This document shows, in pieces, positions 7,672-15,524 of a stretch of DNA of 16,358 nucleotides; position 1 is the stretch's first letter, and each line of letters begins with the position of its first letter. The notes below the pieces were generated by a model. It had not been told where the DNA came from. It was given only the letters and a program-made list of their open reading frames with translations, and made no database searches. Origin of the DNA: Archangium sp. (GTDB lineage: Bacteria; Myxococcota; Myxococcia; Myxococcales; Myxococcaceae); assembly GCA_031367385.1 (NCBI GenBank), contig JANLPS010000052.1, forward strand, positions 1-16,358. Reading direction: 5' to 3'. Made by a program: the position numbers and the translations under genes.

Positions 7672-8520
7672 ATGTTGACCGAAGCCGCTCCCTCGCCCAC
7701 CGTTGCAGTGCCCGTTGAGAAACCATTTCGGCTCCACCGCCGCTTCGATCGCTCAGGCCGGTTGCTGGGCGACGATGGCATGAAGCGCCTCGCCGAGGCC
7801 CGGGTGATCGTTTTCGGCCTGGGCGGCGTCGGCAGCTTCGCGGTCGAGGGCCTGGTGCGCAGCGGCATCGGCCACTTGACGCTGGTCGACTTCGACGTGG
7901 TCTGCGTGACCAACACCAACCGCCAGCTGCACGCCACCGTCAGCGCGGTCGGCAAGTCGAAAGCCGAGCTGCTCGCCCAGCGGTGCCTGCAGATCAACCC
8001 CGAGATCTCGGTCACGCCGGTGGTCGACTTTTACCGCGAAGAGGTGGCCGATCAGATGCTCAGCGGCCACTGGGACTTCGTGGTCGACGCGATCGACAAC
8101 GTCAAAGCCAAGCTGCACCTGCTCAATGCCTGCGTGACCCGCGGCATCAAAGTGGTCAGCGCAATGGGAGCAGCCGGCCGCCTCGACCCCACCTGCATTC
8201 GCGTCGACGACCTCTGCGAGACACATATGGATGCGCTGGCCAAGGACGTGCGCAAGCTGCTCAAGCGCAAGTACGGCATCGAAACGAACAAACCCACCGG
8301 TATCACTGCGGTTTTCTCACTCGAGCCGCGCCGCCAACCCATCGACTTGCGCTACGACGAGTCGCACGGCGGGTTCATGTGCGTGTGCCCGCATGGAGAG
8401 AACGAGTTTCACTCCTGCGAGCACCGAAACCAGATCGATGGCAGCGTTTCGTTCGTCACCTCGGTCTTCGGTATGAACATGGCCGGAGTGGTCGTTCGAA
8501 GAATCGCCCAGGGGCGCTGA
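7672..8520 (+). CDS. tcdA: tRNA threonylcarbamoyladenosine dehydratase (TcdA/CsdL, ThiF/E1-like family)
   Basis: VFGLGGVGS, DFD.V..TNTNRQ, VVDAID, MGAAGRLDPT and AVFSLE motifs. Start placed at ATG 7672. Confidence 0.85.
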   Translation: MLTEAAPSPTVAVPVEKPFRLHRRFDRSGRLLGDDGMKRLAEARVIVFGLGGVGSFAVEGLVRSGIGHLTLVDFDVVCVTNTNRQLHATVSAVGKSKAELLAQRCLQINPEISVTPVVDFYREEVADQMLSGHWDFVVDAIDNVKAKLHLLNACVTRGIKVVSAMGAAGRLDPTCIRVDDLCETHMDALAKDVRKLLKRKYGIETNKPTGITAVFSLEPRRQPIDLRYDESHGGFMCVCPHGENEFHSCEHRNQIDGSVSFVTSVFGMNMAGVVVRRIAQGR

Positions 8521-8556
8521 CATTCGCGATGGGCTTGGTGGTAGAGGGCCCCGCCT

Positions 8557-10260
8557 ATGCCTTCATCACTGCCCCTCTCTCGTGTTCTCGGAGTCGCCGC
8601 GCTGGCGACCGTCATCGCTTTCGCCGCCTGTGAAGGGCAGCAAGCCAGTGCGCGCAACGATGACCCGGTGGTCATCACGCACCTCAACCGGCTGGCGAAC
8701 GGCTCTGGGTTCTCCGCGCTCCAGGGGCTCAACGCCGCCCCGGTCGTGATCAGCCAGATGTTCACCGGCAATGGCACGAGCAACGCGTTCGGCAACGATT
8801 GGGTTGAGCTGCACAACAACACCCGCACCGCGCTCGGCCTGGGCGGCACCACGCTGCAGTACGGCTCGCAGGCCGGCACGTCGTGGGCGAGCAAGGTCAC
8901 CCTGCCCCTCGACGCCGTCATCGCGGCTGGCGGGTACTATTTGGTGCAGCTGGGCAACGCCAGCACCGGCGTTCAGATCTCGGCCGACTATGTGGCGGCG
9001 AGCGGCATCGCGGCCAGCGCCACCGACGGCAAGATGGCTTTCGTGGCCGGGCCGAACACCATGGGCGCCGCCGCTTGCCCAGATGCGACCGCGATCGACT
9101 TCGTCGGGTACGGCTCCGCCAACTGCGCCGAGGGCACCCTCGCCGCGCCGGCGCTGTCGAACAGCACCGCCCTCTCGCGGTTAGACAACGGCTGCACCGA
9201 CACCAACGTGAACTCGGCTGACTTCGTCATTCGTGGCAGCAGTGGCACGGCGATCGTGCCCCGCAACAAGAACAGCGCCCTGTACATCTGCAGCCCTCGT
9301 GACGCCGGCACCTTGCCTGGCAACGACGGCGGCGCTGGCGGAGGCACCGGTGGCGGCACGGGCGGCGGTTCGGGCAACGACGGCGGCACCGGCGGCGGTA
9401 CGGGCGGCGGCACCGGCGGCGGTTCAGGGAGTGACGGCGGAGTCGAGCCGCGCATCGTGGGCTCGGCGTGCGACACCGACGTGCAGTGCAAGACCGACAT
9501 CGGCGCCACGGCGCTCTGCCGCAAGAAGACCTCGCCGGGCAACGCCGACTATACGGGTGGCTACTGTACGATTCTTTGCGCCATCGACACTGACTGCGAC
9601 CTCAACAGCGAGTGCGTCGACATCTCGCTCTATGGGGAGCAGCGGCTGTGCCTCGATCTCTGCGACAACCAGACCGACTTCTGCCGCTCGCCCGGGTACG
9701 CCTGCTACTCCGATGGCACCGGCCTCGGCATCTGCTGGCTCGACCCGATTCCCGACGAGTTCGACGGCGGCAGTGGTGCGGTCGACGCGGGCACCACCGG
9801 CAGCGACGGCGGCAGCAACCCACCGTTTGACGCTGGCATGGGCACCGTCGACTCGGGCACCACCACGCCTGCTGACGCGGGCACCACCACGACGCCTGAC
9901 TCGGGCATGACGGGCGTCGACGCGGGCACGATGACCCCGGGCGACGCTGGCACGGCGGGCACGGCCGACGCGGGCGGTACGGTCGATACCGACGCCGGTA
10001 CCACGGTCGAGAACGACGCCGGCATGGGCATGACCGGCACTGACGCTGGCACGACCGCGATGACCGACGCCGGCACTGGCGCTCGCAAAGACGCTGGCGT
10101 GACGACGCGTGACGCTGGCACGACCACCACCCCGCCGAACCCCACCCCCGGCGACGCCGGGTGCAGCTGCTCGTCGACCGAGGCCGGCATGTTGCTGCCC
10201 TTCGCCCTGGTCGCCTTGACCCTGCGCCGACGGTCGAAGCGCGCCGCGCAGAATCGGTGA
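8557..10260 (+). CDS. Surface protein: lipobox, lamin-tail-like domain, Cys-rich domain, D[AGS]G stalk, MYXO-CTERM-type tail (paralog 1)
   Basis: IAFAA-C25. VVISQ...DWVELHN...LQY...GGYYLVQ...DFVGYG...DT..NSADF (lamin-tail domain). C-terminal GCSCSS-hydrophobic-RRR. Confidence 0.87.
   Translation: MPSSLPLSRVLGVAALATVIAFAACEGQQASARNDDPVVITHLNRLANGSGFSALQGLNAAPVVISQMFTGNGTSNAFGNDWVELHNNTRTALGLGGTTLQYGSQAGTSWASKVTLPLDAVIAAGGYYLVQLGNASTGVQISADYVAASGIAASATDGKMAFVAGPNTMGAAACPDATAIDFVGYGSANCAEGTLAAPALSNSTALSRLDNGCTDTNVNSADFVIRGSSGTAIVPRNKNSALYICSPRDAGTLPGNDGGAGGGTGGGTGGGSGNDGGTGGGTGGGTGGGSGSDGGVEPRIVGSACDTDVQCKTDIGATALCRKKTSPGNADYTGGYCTILCAIDTDCDLNSECVDISLYGEQRLCLDLCDNQTDFCRSPGYACYSDGTGLGICWLDPIPDEFDGGSGAVDAGTTGSDGGSNPPFDAGMGTVDSGTTTPADAGTTTTPDSGMTGVDAGTMTPGDAGTAGTADAGGTVDTDAGTTVENDAGMGMTGTDAGTTAMTDAGTGARKDAGVTTRDAGTTTTPPNPTPGDAGCSCSSTEAGMLLPFALVALTLRRRSKRAAQNR
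9319..9441 (+). repeat. 54-bp imperfect tandem repeat x2 plus partial (GNDGG-[AT]GGG-TGGG-TGGG-S) Gly linker
   Basis: Units start at 9319 and 9373, with a partial unit at 9427. Confidence 0.8.
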
Positions 10261-10267
10261 ATCTCTT

Positions 10268-10307
10268 TGTCGCCTCCGGTGATTGCAGGCCGCCGGAGGG
10301 CATGACA
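10268..10307. promoter_or_regulatory. Intergenic stem-loop between the paralogs
   Basis: CCTCCGGTG (10273-10281) pairs with CGCCGGAGG (10291-10299, one G-U), extendable by TGTC/GACA. Confidence 0.4.
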
Positions 10308-10317
10308 CGTAGCGCCG

Positions 10318-12039
10318 ATGATCAGCTCAATCGGCGTACGTCGTACCGTGGCTTTGATGGTGCTCGCTCTCACGGCCTGTGAAGGCCCGCGAGGCACCGA
10401 GGCCGCCGATGGCACCCTGCCCGCCGAGGCCACCCTGGTGCGCCAGCTGGTCGGCCAAGCACTGGTGATCAGTCAGGTTTTCGGAGGCGCCGGCGGTGCT
10501 GGCAGCGCCTACAACGCCGACTGGGTCGAGATTCACAACACCTCGAATGCGCCGGTGAACATGGCCGGGTACTCGCTGCAGTACGCCTCGTCGATGGGCA
10601 CCAACTGGCAGTCGAAGACCGCGCTGCCCACCACCGTGCTGCCTGCCGGGGGCTATTTTCTGGTGCAGCTGGGCAACTCGAATGCCTCAGGCACGGTGAT
10701 CGTGCCCGACTACAAGACCACCAGCTTCAGCCTGGCGGCCACCGCCGGCAAGTTAGCCTTGGTGCAGGGCACGACCCAGATGCCGAACGGTAACTGCCCC
10801 AGCAGCGCCGCGGTCGACTTCGTCGGCTATGGCGACGCCAACTGCGGCGAGCCGGGGGTGGGGGGCAAGGCGCCCGCTCCGTCGACCATCACCTCGATTC
10901 AGCGCAAGAACAATGGCTGCATCGACACCGACACGAACTCGACCGACTTCGAGCTTCGAGGCGGCTCGGGAGCGCCAGTCATCGTGCGCAGCTCGGCCAG
11001 CCAGCCCTTCAGCTGCGGTGGCACCGACGCCGGCACGAACACCGGCACCATCCCCTGCGGGAGCGACGGCGCCACCTGCCCAGCGACGTCATGCTGCGAT
11101 GACCTCGGGTACATCTCGTTCTGCGTCGACCCGAGCGACTTCTGCTTCAACGGCTCGCAGTGCAACCCCAGCAACCTGACCTGTGAGTTCGGAGACGGCG
11201 GCACGGTCGACCCGGGCGTGCGCGAGGTCGGCTCACCGTGCGACACCGATCTCGAGTGCCAGAACGACATGGGCACCGAGGCGGTGTGCAAGAAGGTCAC
11301 GACGCCGGGCAACTCGACGTACCAAAACGGCTACTGCACGTTGGACTGCAGCCTTGACGGGTTGTGCCCTCCGCAAAGCGCCTGCGTGAACTTGTCGCTG
11401 TACGGAGAGGCCGAGCGCATTTGCTGGAACACGTGCGGCAACGGCGTGCAGTGTCGCGGCGGGTACGCGTGCTACCAAGACACGACGACCAGCAGCCGCG
11501 GCTGTTGGATCGACCCGACGCCCCCGCGGTACGACGGCGGCACGGGCAGTCAACCGGTCGACGGTGGGCCGATTAGGTCGGTCGATGCAGGCCCGGGCCC
11601 GGTCGATGCCGGTTCGCCGGTGGTTGATGCAGGCACGCCCCGGGTCGACGCCGGTACGACGATGCCCGACTCGGGCACCATGGCGCCAGACTCAGGCACG
11701 ATGCCTCCGGTCGACGCGGGCATGACCATGCCAGGTGACTCGGGTACCCCCATGCCGGGCGAAGACGCGGGCACCATGACGGGCGAAGATGCTGGCCCTG
11801 GCGCGACCGACTCGGGCACCACGATGACCCAAGAAGACGCTGGCACGACCGATTCTGGCGTGGTGGCGCGGGTTGACGCCGGCACGAAAGACGCCGGAGT
11901 CACTCGGCGAGACGCTGGCGTCACCGCAACGCCGCTCCCGACCGAGCCGGTGGGCTGCGGCTGCACGTCGACCGAGACCGGCATGTTGTTGCCGTTCGGG
12001 TTGGCTGCGCTGCTGCTGCGACGCCGCCGCGCATCATGA
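10318..12039 (+). CDS. Surface protein paralog 2: lipobox, lamin-tail-like domain, two Cys-rich modules, D[AGS]G stalk, MYXO-CTERM-type tail
   Basis: LALTA-C21. LVISQVFGG...DWVEIHN...DFVGYG...DTDTNSTDF. Tail GCGCTSTETGMLLPFGLAALLLRRRR. Collinear with paralog 1. Confidence 0.87.
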   Translation: MISSIGVRRTVALMVLALTACEGPRGTEAADGTLPAEATLVRQLVGQALVISQVFGGAGGAGSAYNADWVEIHNTSNAPVNMAGYSLQYASSMGTNWQSKTALPTTVLPAGGYFLVQLGNSNASGTVIVPDYKTTSFSLAATAGKLALVQGTTQMPNGNCPSSAAVDFVGYGDANCGEPGVGGKAPAPSTITSIQRKNNGCIDTDTNSTDFELRGGSGAPVIVRSSASQPFSCGGTDAGTNTGTIPCGSDGATCPATSCCDDLGYISFCVDPSDFCFNGSQCNPSNLTCEFGDGGTVDPGVREVGSPCDTDLECQNDMGTEAVCKKVTTPGNSTYQNGYCTLDCSLDGLCPPQSACVNLSLYGEAERICWNTCGNGVQCRGGYACYQDTTTSSRGCWIDPTPPRYDGGTGSQPVDGGPIRSVDAGPGPVDAGSPVVDAGTPRVDAGTTMPDSGTMAPDSGTMPPVDAGMTMPGDSGTPMPGEDAGTMTGEDAGPGATDSGTTMTQEDAGTTDSGVVARVDAGTKDAGVTRRDAGVTATPLPTEPVGCGCTSTETGMLLPFGLAALLLRRRRAS

Positions 12040-12082
12040 TACAGATGCACCGCGCCAGCAGGTGCGGCGTATTCGCGATTGC

Positions 12083-12235
12083 TCAAATGAAGCCCGCCAT
12101 TTCGGGGGCAGCGGCAACGACGCTCTTCTGCCAGCTCGTGTGATGCGTCTGCTCGAAGCCGGTCGCGACCGAGGCCAGCGCGTCGAACCCGGAGCGTGAG
12201 ACCTCGAGTACGCCCCGTGTGTACTTCTGCCAGCT
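12083..12235 (-). pseudogene. Possible orphan coding remnant or small ORF directly downstream of SOUL
   Basis: 50 open codons to TGA, of which 42/50 end in G/C. No convincing start of its own. Confidence 0.3.
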
Positions 12236-12873
12236 CAGCTCGCCGGCGCGACTTCGATCATGATCTCGTTGGTCCGGAGGAACCACGGCTTCCACGGTGG
12301 GTCGTATCGGGCGAAGACCGCGGGCCCGAGCGGCTTCAACCCGGCCTTGACGATGCCGGTGTGGAGCGTCGCGAGGTGCCGAGCGTAGAGCGCCTCCGAC
12401 CAGACGCCCGAGTACGTCACCACCGCGACCGTGCGCTTCGGTATCGCCCGCAGCGTCACTGCGCTGTCATTGGGTATCGGCAACTCGTCGAGGCTCTTGA
12501 ATTTCGACGGCATGGTGAATTGAATCAACCACCCTTGACCCGCGGTCGGCGCCTGAGTCACTGGCGCAGTCATCTCGATGGTCTGGCCCTTGGTTTGGGT
12601 GACTGGCGCGGTCATCGCGACCGAGGTGCCGCTGCGATTGCCGCCGAAGATGTAGGCCGCGAGCTTGCGAAACCCGGCGGAGCTCGCCTCATCACGGTCT
12701 CCGTCTGCGGTGGTCTCGGCAACCAGCAGCGGCGGGTACTCCCGCACTTCGATCGCATCGAGCTTCTGGAGGACGGTAAAGGTGGGGCGTTCGGTGGCCA
12801 TCGCGGTGCTCCCCGTGAGCCCGAGCCCAAGAAGCGCCAACAACGCGAACGACCTGAGGGCGGAGCGATTCAC
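12235..12873 (-). CDS. SOUL family heme-binding protein
   Basis: EVREYP, GFRKLAAYIFGGN, MTAPVTQ x2, FTMPSK, LPIPND, ARYDPPW..FLRTNEI. Start uncertain: GTG 12873 with a signal peptide, or ATG 12801. Confidence 0.9.
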   Translation of the reverse strand: MNRSALRSFALLALLGLGLTGSTAMATERPTFTVLQKLDAIEVREYPPLLVAETTADGDRDEASSAGFRKLAAYIFGGNRSGTSVAMTAPVTQTKGQTIEMTAPVTQAPTAGQGWLIQFTMPSKFKSLDELPIPNDSAVTLRAIPKRTVAVVTYSGVWSEALYARHLATLHTGIVKAGLKPLGPAVFARYDPPWKPWFLRTNEIMIEVAPAS

Positions 12874-12915
12874 AGCGGTGTCACTAACGTTGCCGCCCCT
12901 GATTGCTCGCGGAAA

Positions 12916-12953
12916 GGCTCGTTCCGCAAGTGGATTGGCGCGCAATGCAAGTG
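12916..12953 (+). promoter_or_regulatory. Candidate AraC-type operator: two 17-bp direct repeats with 21-bp period
   Basis: GGCTCGTTCCGCAAGTG (12916-12932) and GGCGCGCAATGCAAGTG (12937-12953), 12/17 identical, located upstream of the SDR-AraC pair. Confidence 0.5.
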
Positions 12954-13027
12954 ACGTGAGCTGAACCAGGCTGTACGAGATCAAGCTCACACCAGCGGTC
13001 AACCCCCCCCCGCTCCGAAAGTACGCC

Positions 13028-13960
13028 TTGAACTGGACACCAGAACAACTGCCCGACCTGAACGGGAAGATCTACGTCATCACGGGCGGCAACGGCGGCA
13101 TCGGTTTCGAGGCCGCAAAGTTGCTGGCGCGTAAAGGGGGCCGGGTGGTGATCACCACGCGCAGCGAGTCAAAAGCCCAGACCGCGCTGAGCGAGCTTCG
13201 CGCGGCCGTGCCTCAGGCCCAGGTCGACTTCGTGCTGCTCGACCTGGCCGAGCCCGCGAGCGTCGCCGCCGCCGTCAAGGCGCTGCACGACAAGTGCCCC
13301 CGGGTCGACGCGCTCATCAACAACGCAGGCGTCATGCAAACCCCGGAGGTGCGGACCTCCGAGGGCTTCGAGCTGCAGCTCGCCACGAACCACCTGGGAC
13401 ACTTCCGCCTGAACGCCCGAATGATGGACCTGTTGGAGGCGTCGGGCGGCCGAATCGTCGCGGTGTCGAGCGTCGCGCACAGGTCCGGCACGATCGCGCT
13501 CGACGATCTCCAGTCACGGCGCGCGTACAGCTCGATCGCGGCGTACAGCCAGTCCAAGCTCGCGAACCTGATGTATGCCTTCGAGCTGCAGCGCCGGCTT
13601 GCGGAGCGTGCGAGCCGGGTCACCGCGATCGCCTGCCACCCGGGGTATGCCGCGACGAATCTCCAGTCGGCCGGCGTCGGCATGGAGGGCGGCAGCCGGG
13701 CCTTTCGGTGGGCGTACAAGGTGACCAACGCCTTGCTCGCGCAGTCGGCGGAGCGCGGGGCCTTTCCGCTCGCGCTCGCCGCCGCGGGCACGGAGGCCCG
13801 GCCTGGCGCCTACTACGGCCCGACGCGCTTCATGGACAGCCGCGGGCCCGTCGGCGAATCCACCGTCGCGCCCATCGCCCGCGATGAGGTGCTGGCGCGT
13901 GAGCTCTGGGAGAAGACCGAGGCGCTGGTCGGGCCGTTCTTTGCCGAACGCAAGCCATGA
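13028..13960 (+). CDS. Short-chain dehydrogenase/reductase (retinol-dehydrogenase-like subfamily)
   Basis: WT...PDL.GK, TGGNGGIG, NNAG, TNHLGHF, YSQSK, HPG. TTG start, with an in-frame stop at 12962 upstream. Confidence 0.93.
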   Translation: MNWTPEQLPDLNGKIYVITGGNGGIGFEAAKLLARKGGRVVITTRSESKAQTALSELRAAVPQAQVDFVLLDLAEPASVAAAVKALHDKCPRVDALINNAGVMQTPEVRTSEGFELQLATNHLGHFRLNARMMDLLEASGGRIVAVSSVAHRSGTIALDDLQSRRAYSSIAAYSQSKLANLMYAFELQRRLAERASRVTAIACHPGYAATNLQSAGVGMEGGSRAFRWAYKVTNALLAQSAERGAFPLALAAAGTEARPGAYYGPTRFMDSRGPVGESTVAPIARDEVLARELWEKTEALVGPFFAERKP

Positions 13961-13970
13961 GGGCACAGGC

Positions 13971-14972
13971 GTGACCACTGCCCCAACCTACGCGCTCGCG
14001 CCCGGGTCCGTGATGCTGCTGCTCGACCTGGGGCTCGTGCCTGAGCGCGTGCTCCAGCGCGCAGGCTTGCCGGTCGATCTGTTCTCTCGGGGTGCCCTGC
14101 GGCTGCCCGCCGAGCAGTACCACTCACTCTGGAGCGCGGCCGAGGTAGAGGTCGGTACCGATCTGTCGCTGCTCCTTGCGCAATCGCTCCGTGTGGAGGC
14201 CTTCGACCCGCTGCTGTTCGCGCTGCTGTGCTGTACCGATCTCGATCGTGCCCTGGCGCGCGGGGCCGGCTTCAAACCGCTGGTCGCACCGCTGACGCTC
14301 GATCTCGAGCGGTCGCCCAAAGGCACCGTGCTCACGGCGCGCTGGCCCGACGGCGTGAGCCCGCCGACCTCGCTCGGGTTCGCGGAGGTGCTGTTCTGGG
14401 TCGCGCTCGCGCGCTTGGCGACCCGAGCGAAGGTGGTGCCGCTGAGGGTCACCGCGCCAGTGGCCCCGCCCGACCCCGCCCGGTTTCGCGCGTTTCTGGG
14501 TCTGGAGATCGAAGCCGGGCCGCAGTGGAGCGTGGCGTTCTCGGAGGCGGACGCGACGCGCCCCTTTCTGACTGCAAACGAGGGCATGTGGGATGTTTTT
14601 GAGCCGGCGCTGCGCCAGCGTTTGGCTCAGCTCGACACCGGAGCGACGCTGGCGGAGCGGCTGGGGGCCGCGCTCCTGGAGGCGCTGCCCGCGGGCGAGA
14701 CCTCACGCGAGCGTCTGTCGCGTCGGCTTGCGGTCGGCACGCGCACGCTGCAGCGACGCCTGAACGACGAGGGCACGAGCTTTCAAGAAGTGCTCAATGC
14801 GACCCGCGAGACCCTCGCGCGACACTACCTGGGTCGCACGCAGCTCCCGGTCGGCGAGATCGCCTTCCTTCTCGGCTACCAAGATCAAAATTCGTTCTAC
14901 CGCGCCTTCCGCGCCTGGACCGGCACGACGCCAGAGTCCGCCCGGAGCGCGGCTGCTGGGCACGCCCGTTGA
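13971..14972 (+). CDS. AraC family transcriptional regulator with N-terminal ligand-binding domain
   Basis: C-terminal RTLQRRL..EGTSF...IAFLLGYQDQNSFYRAFRAWTGTTP. GTG 13971 follows a GAGGG RBS. Confidence 0.92.
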   Translation: MTTAPTYALAPGSVMLLLDLGLVPERVLQRAGLPVDLFSRGALRLPAEQYHSLWSAAEVEVGTDLSLLLAQSLRVEAFDPLLFALLCCTDLDRALARGAGFKPLVAPLTLDLERSPKGTVLTARWPDGVSPPTSLGFAEVLFWVALARLATRAKVVPLRVTAPVAPPDPARFRAFLGLEIEAGPQWSVAFSEADATRPFLTANEGMWDVFEPALRQRLAQLDTGATLAERLGAALLEALPAGETSRERLSRRLAVGTRTLQRRLNDEGTSFQEVLNATRETLARHYLGRTQLPVGEIAFLLGYQDQNSFYRAFRAWTGTTPESARSAAAGHAR

Positions 14973-14997
14973 CCCCGTTTCAACCAAGGAGACGACC

Positions 14998-15435
14998 ATG
15001 GATGGCTCGAGACAGCGTGCGTTCGCGAAGACGGTCTTCTTGCTGCTGCTGTTCTTGCACGCGCTGTCGTGCTTCGTGCTCGGGGCGATGGCACTGGTGA
15101 ACTGGCCGTTTGCCCTGCAGATGGGCTTTCGGGTGCCCTACAGCACCGCGCTCGACACGATCGGTGTCGTCATCGGCCTCGAGTTGCTGTTCCTCGGGGG
15201 CATCAGCGCCCTGAGCTTCGTGTGGACCCGCAGCGGCGTGAAGGGCGGGACGGTCACGGGGATCGCGGTCGGGCTCTACATGCTCACGTTCGGCATCGTT
15301 GCCTACTTGAAGACCGGCCAGGTCGATGGGTTGCTCGTCGACAGCCTCCGCGGACTTCTGACGGTCGTCTTCGGCGTGATCACCCATCGCCATTTCGACG
15401 CGCCGAACACAGCGCCCGCGCAAGCGGTCACGTAG
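14998..15435 (+). CDS. Hypothetical integral membrane protein (145 aa, about 4 TM helices)
   Basis: AAGGAGA RBS before ATG 14998; four hydrophobic segments. Confidence 0.8.
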   Translation: MDGSRQRAFAKTVFLLLLFLHALSCFVLGAMALVNWPFALQMGFRVPYSTALDTIGVVIGLELLFLGGISALSFVWTRSGVKGGTVTGIAVGLYMLTFGIVAYLKTGQVDGLLVDSLRGLLTVVFGVITHRHFDAPNTAPAQAVT

Positions 15436-15524
15436 CTCCTGCGCTTGGGCTCCTCGAGCCTGGGGCGCGCTGTCTTGAACGTTCATGCTCAAGGCCGCGG
15501 CCGAGGTGTGGTGAATTGCGCCTC

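Noticed and set aside
12556..12621. Duplicated MTAPVTQ in SOUL
   Set aside because: This is a normal feature of bacterial SOUL proteins.
829..12873. A unified heme-uptake system (TonB receptor + cytochrome + SOUL)
   Set aside because: The genes are in separate transcription units with unrelated genes between them. I saw no FRAP/NPNL heme-receptor motifs or Fur box.
12935..12950. TTGGCGCGCAATGCAA as a sigma-54 promoter
   Set aside because: GG-to-GC spacing is 8, not 10.
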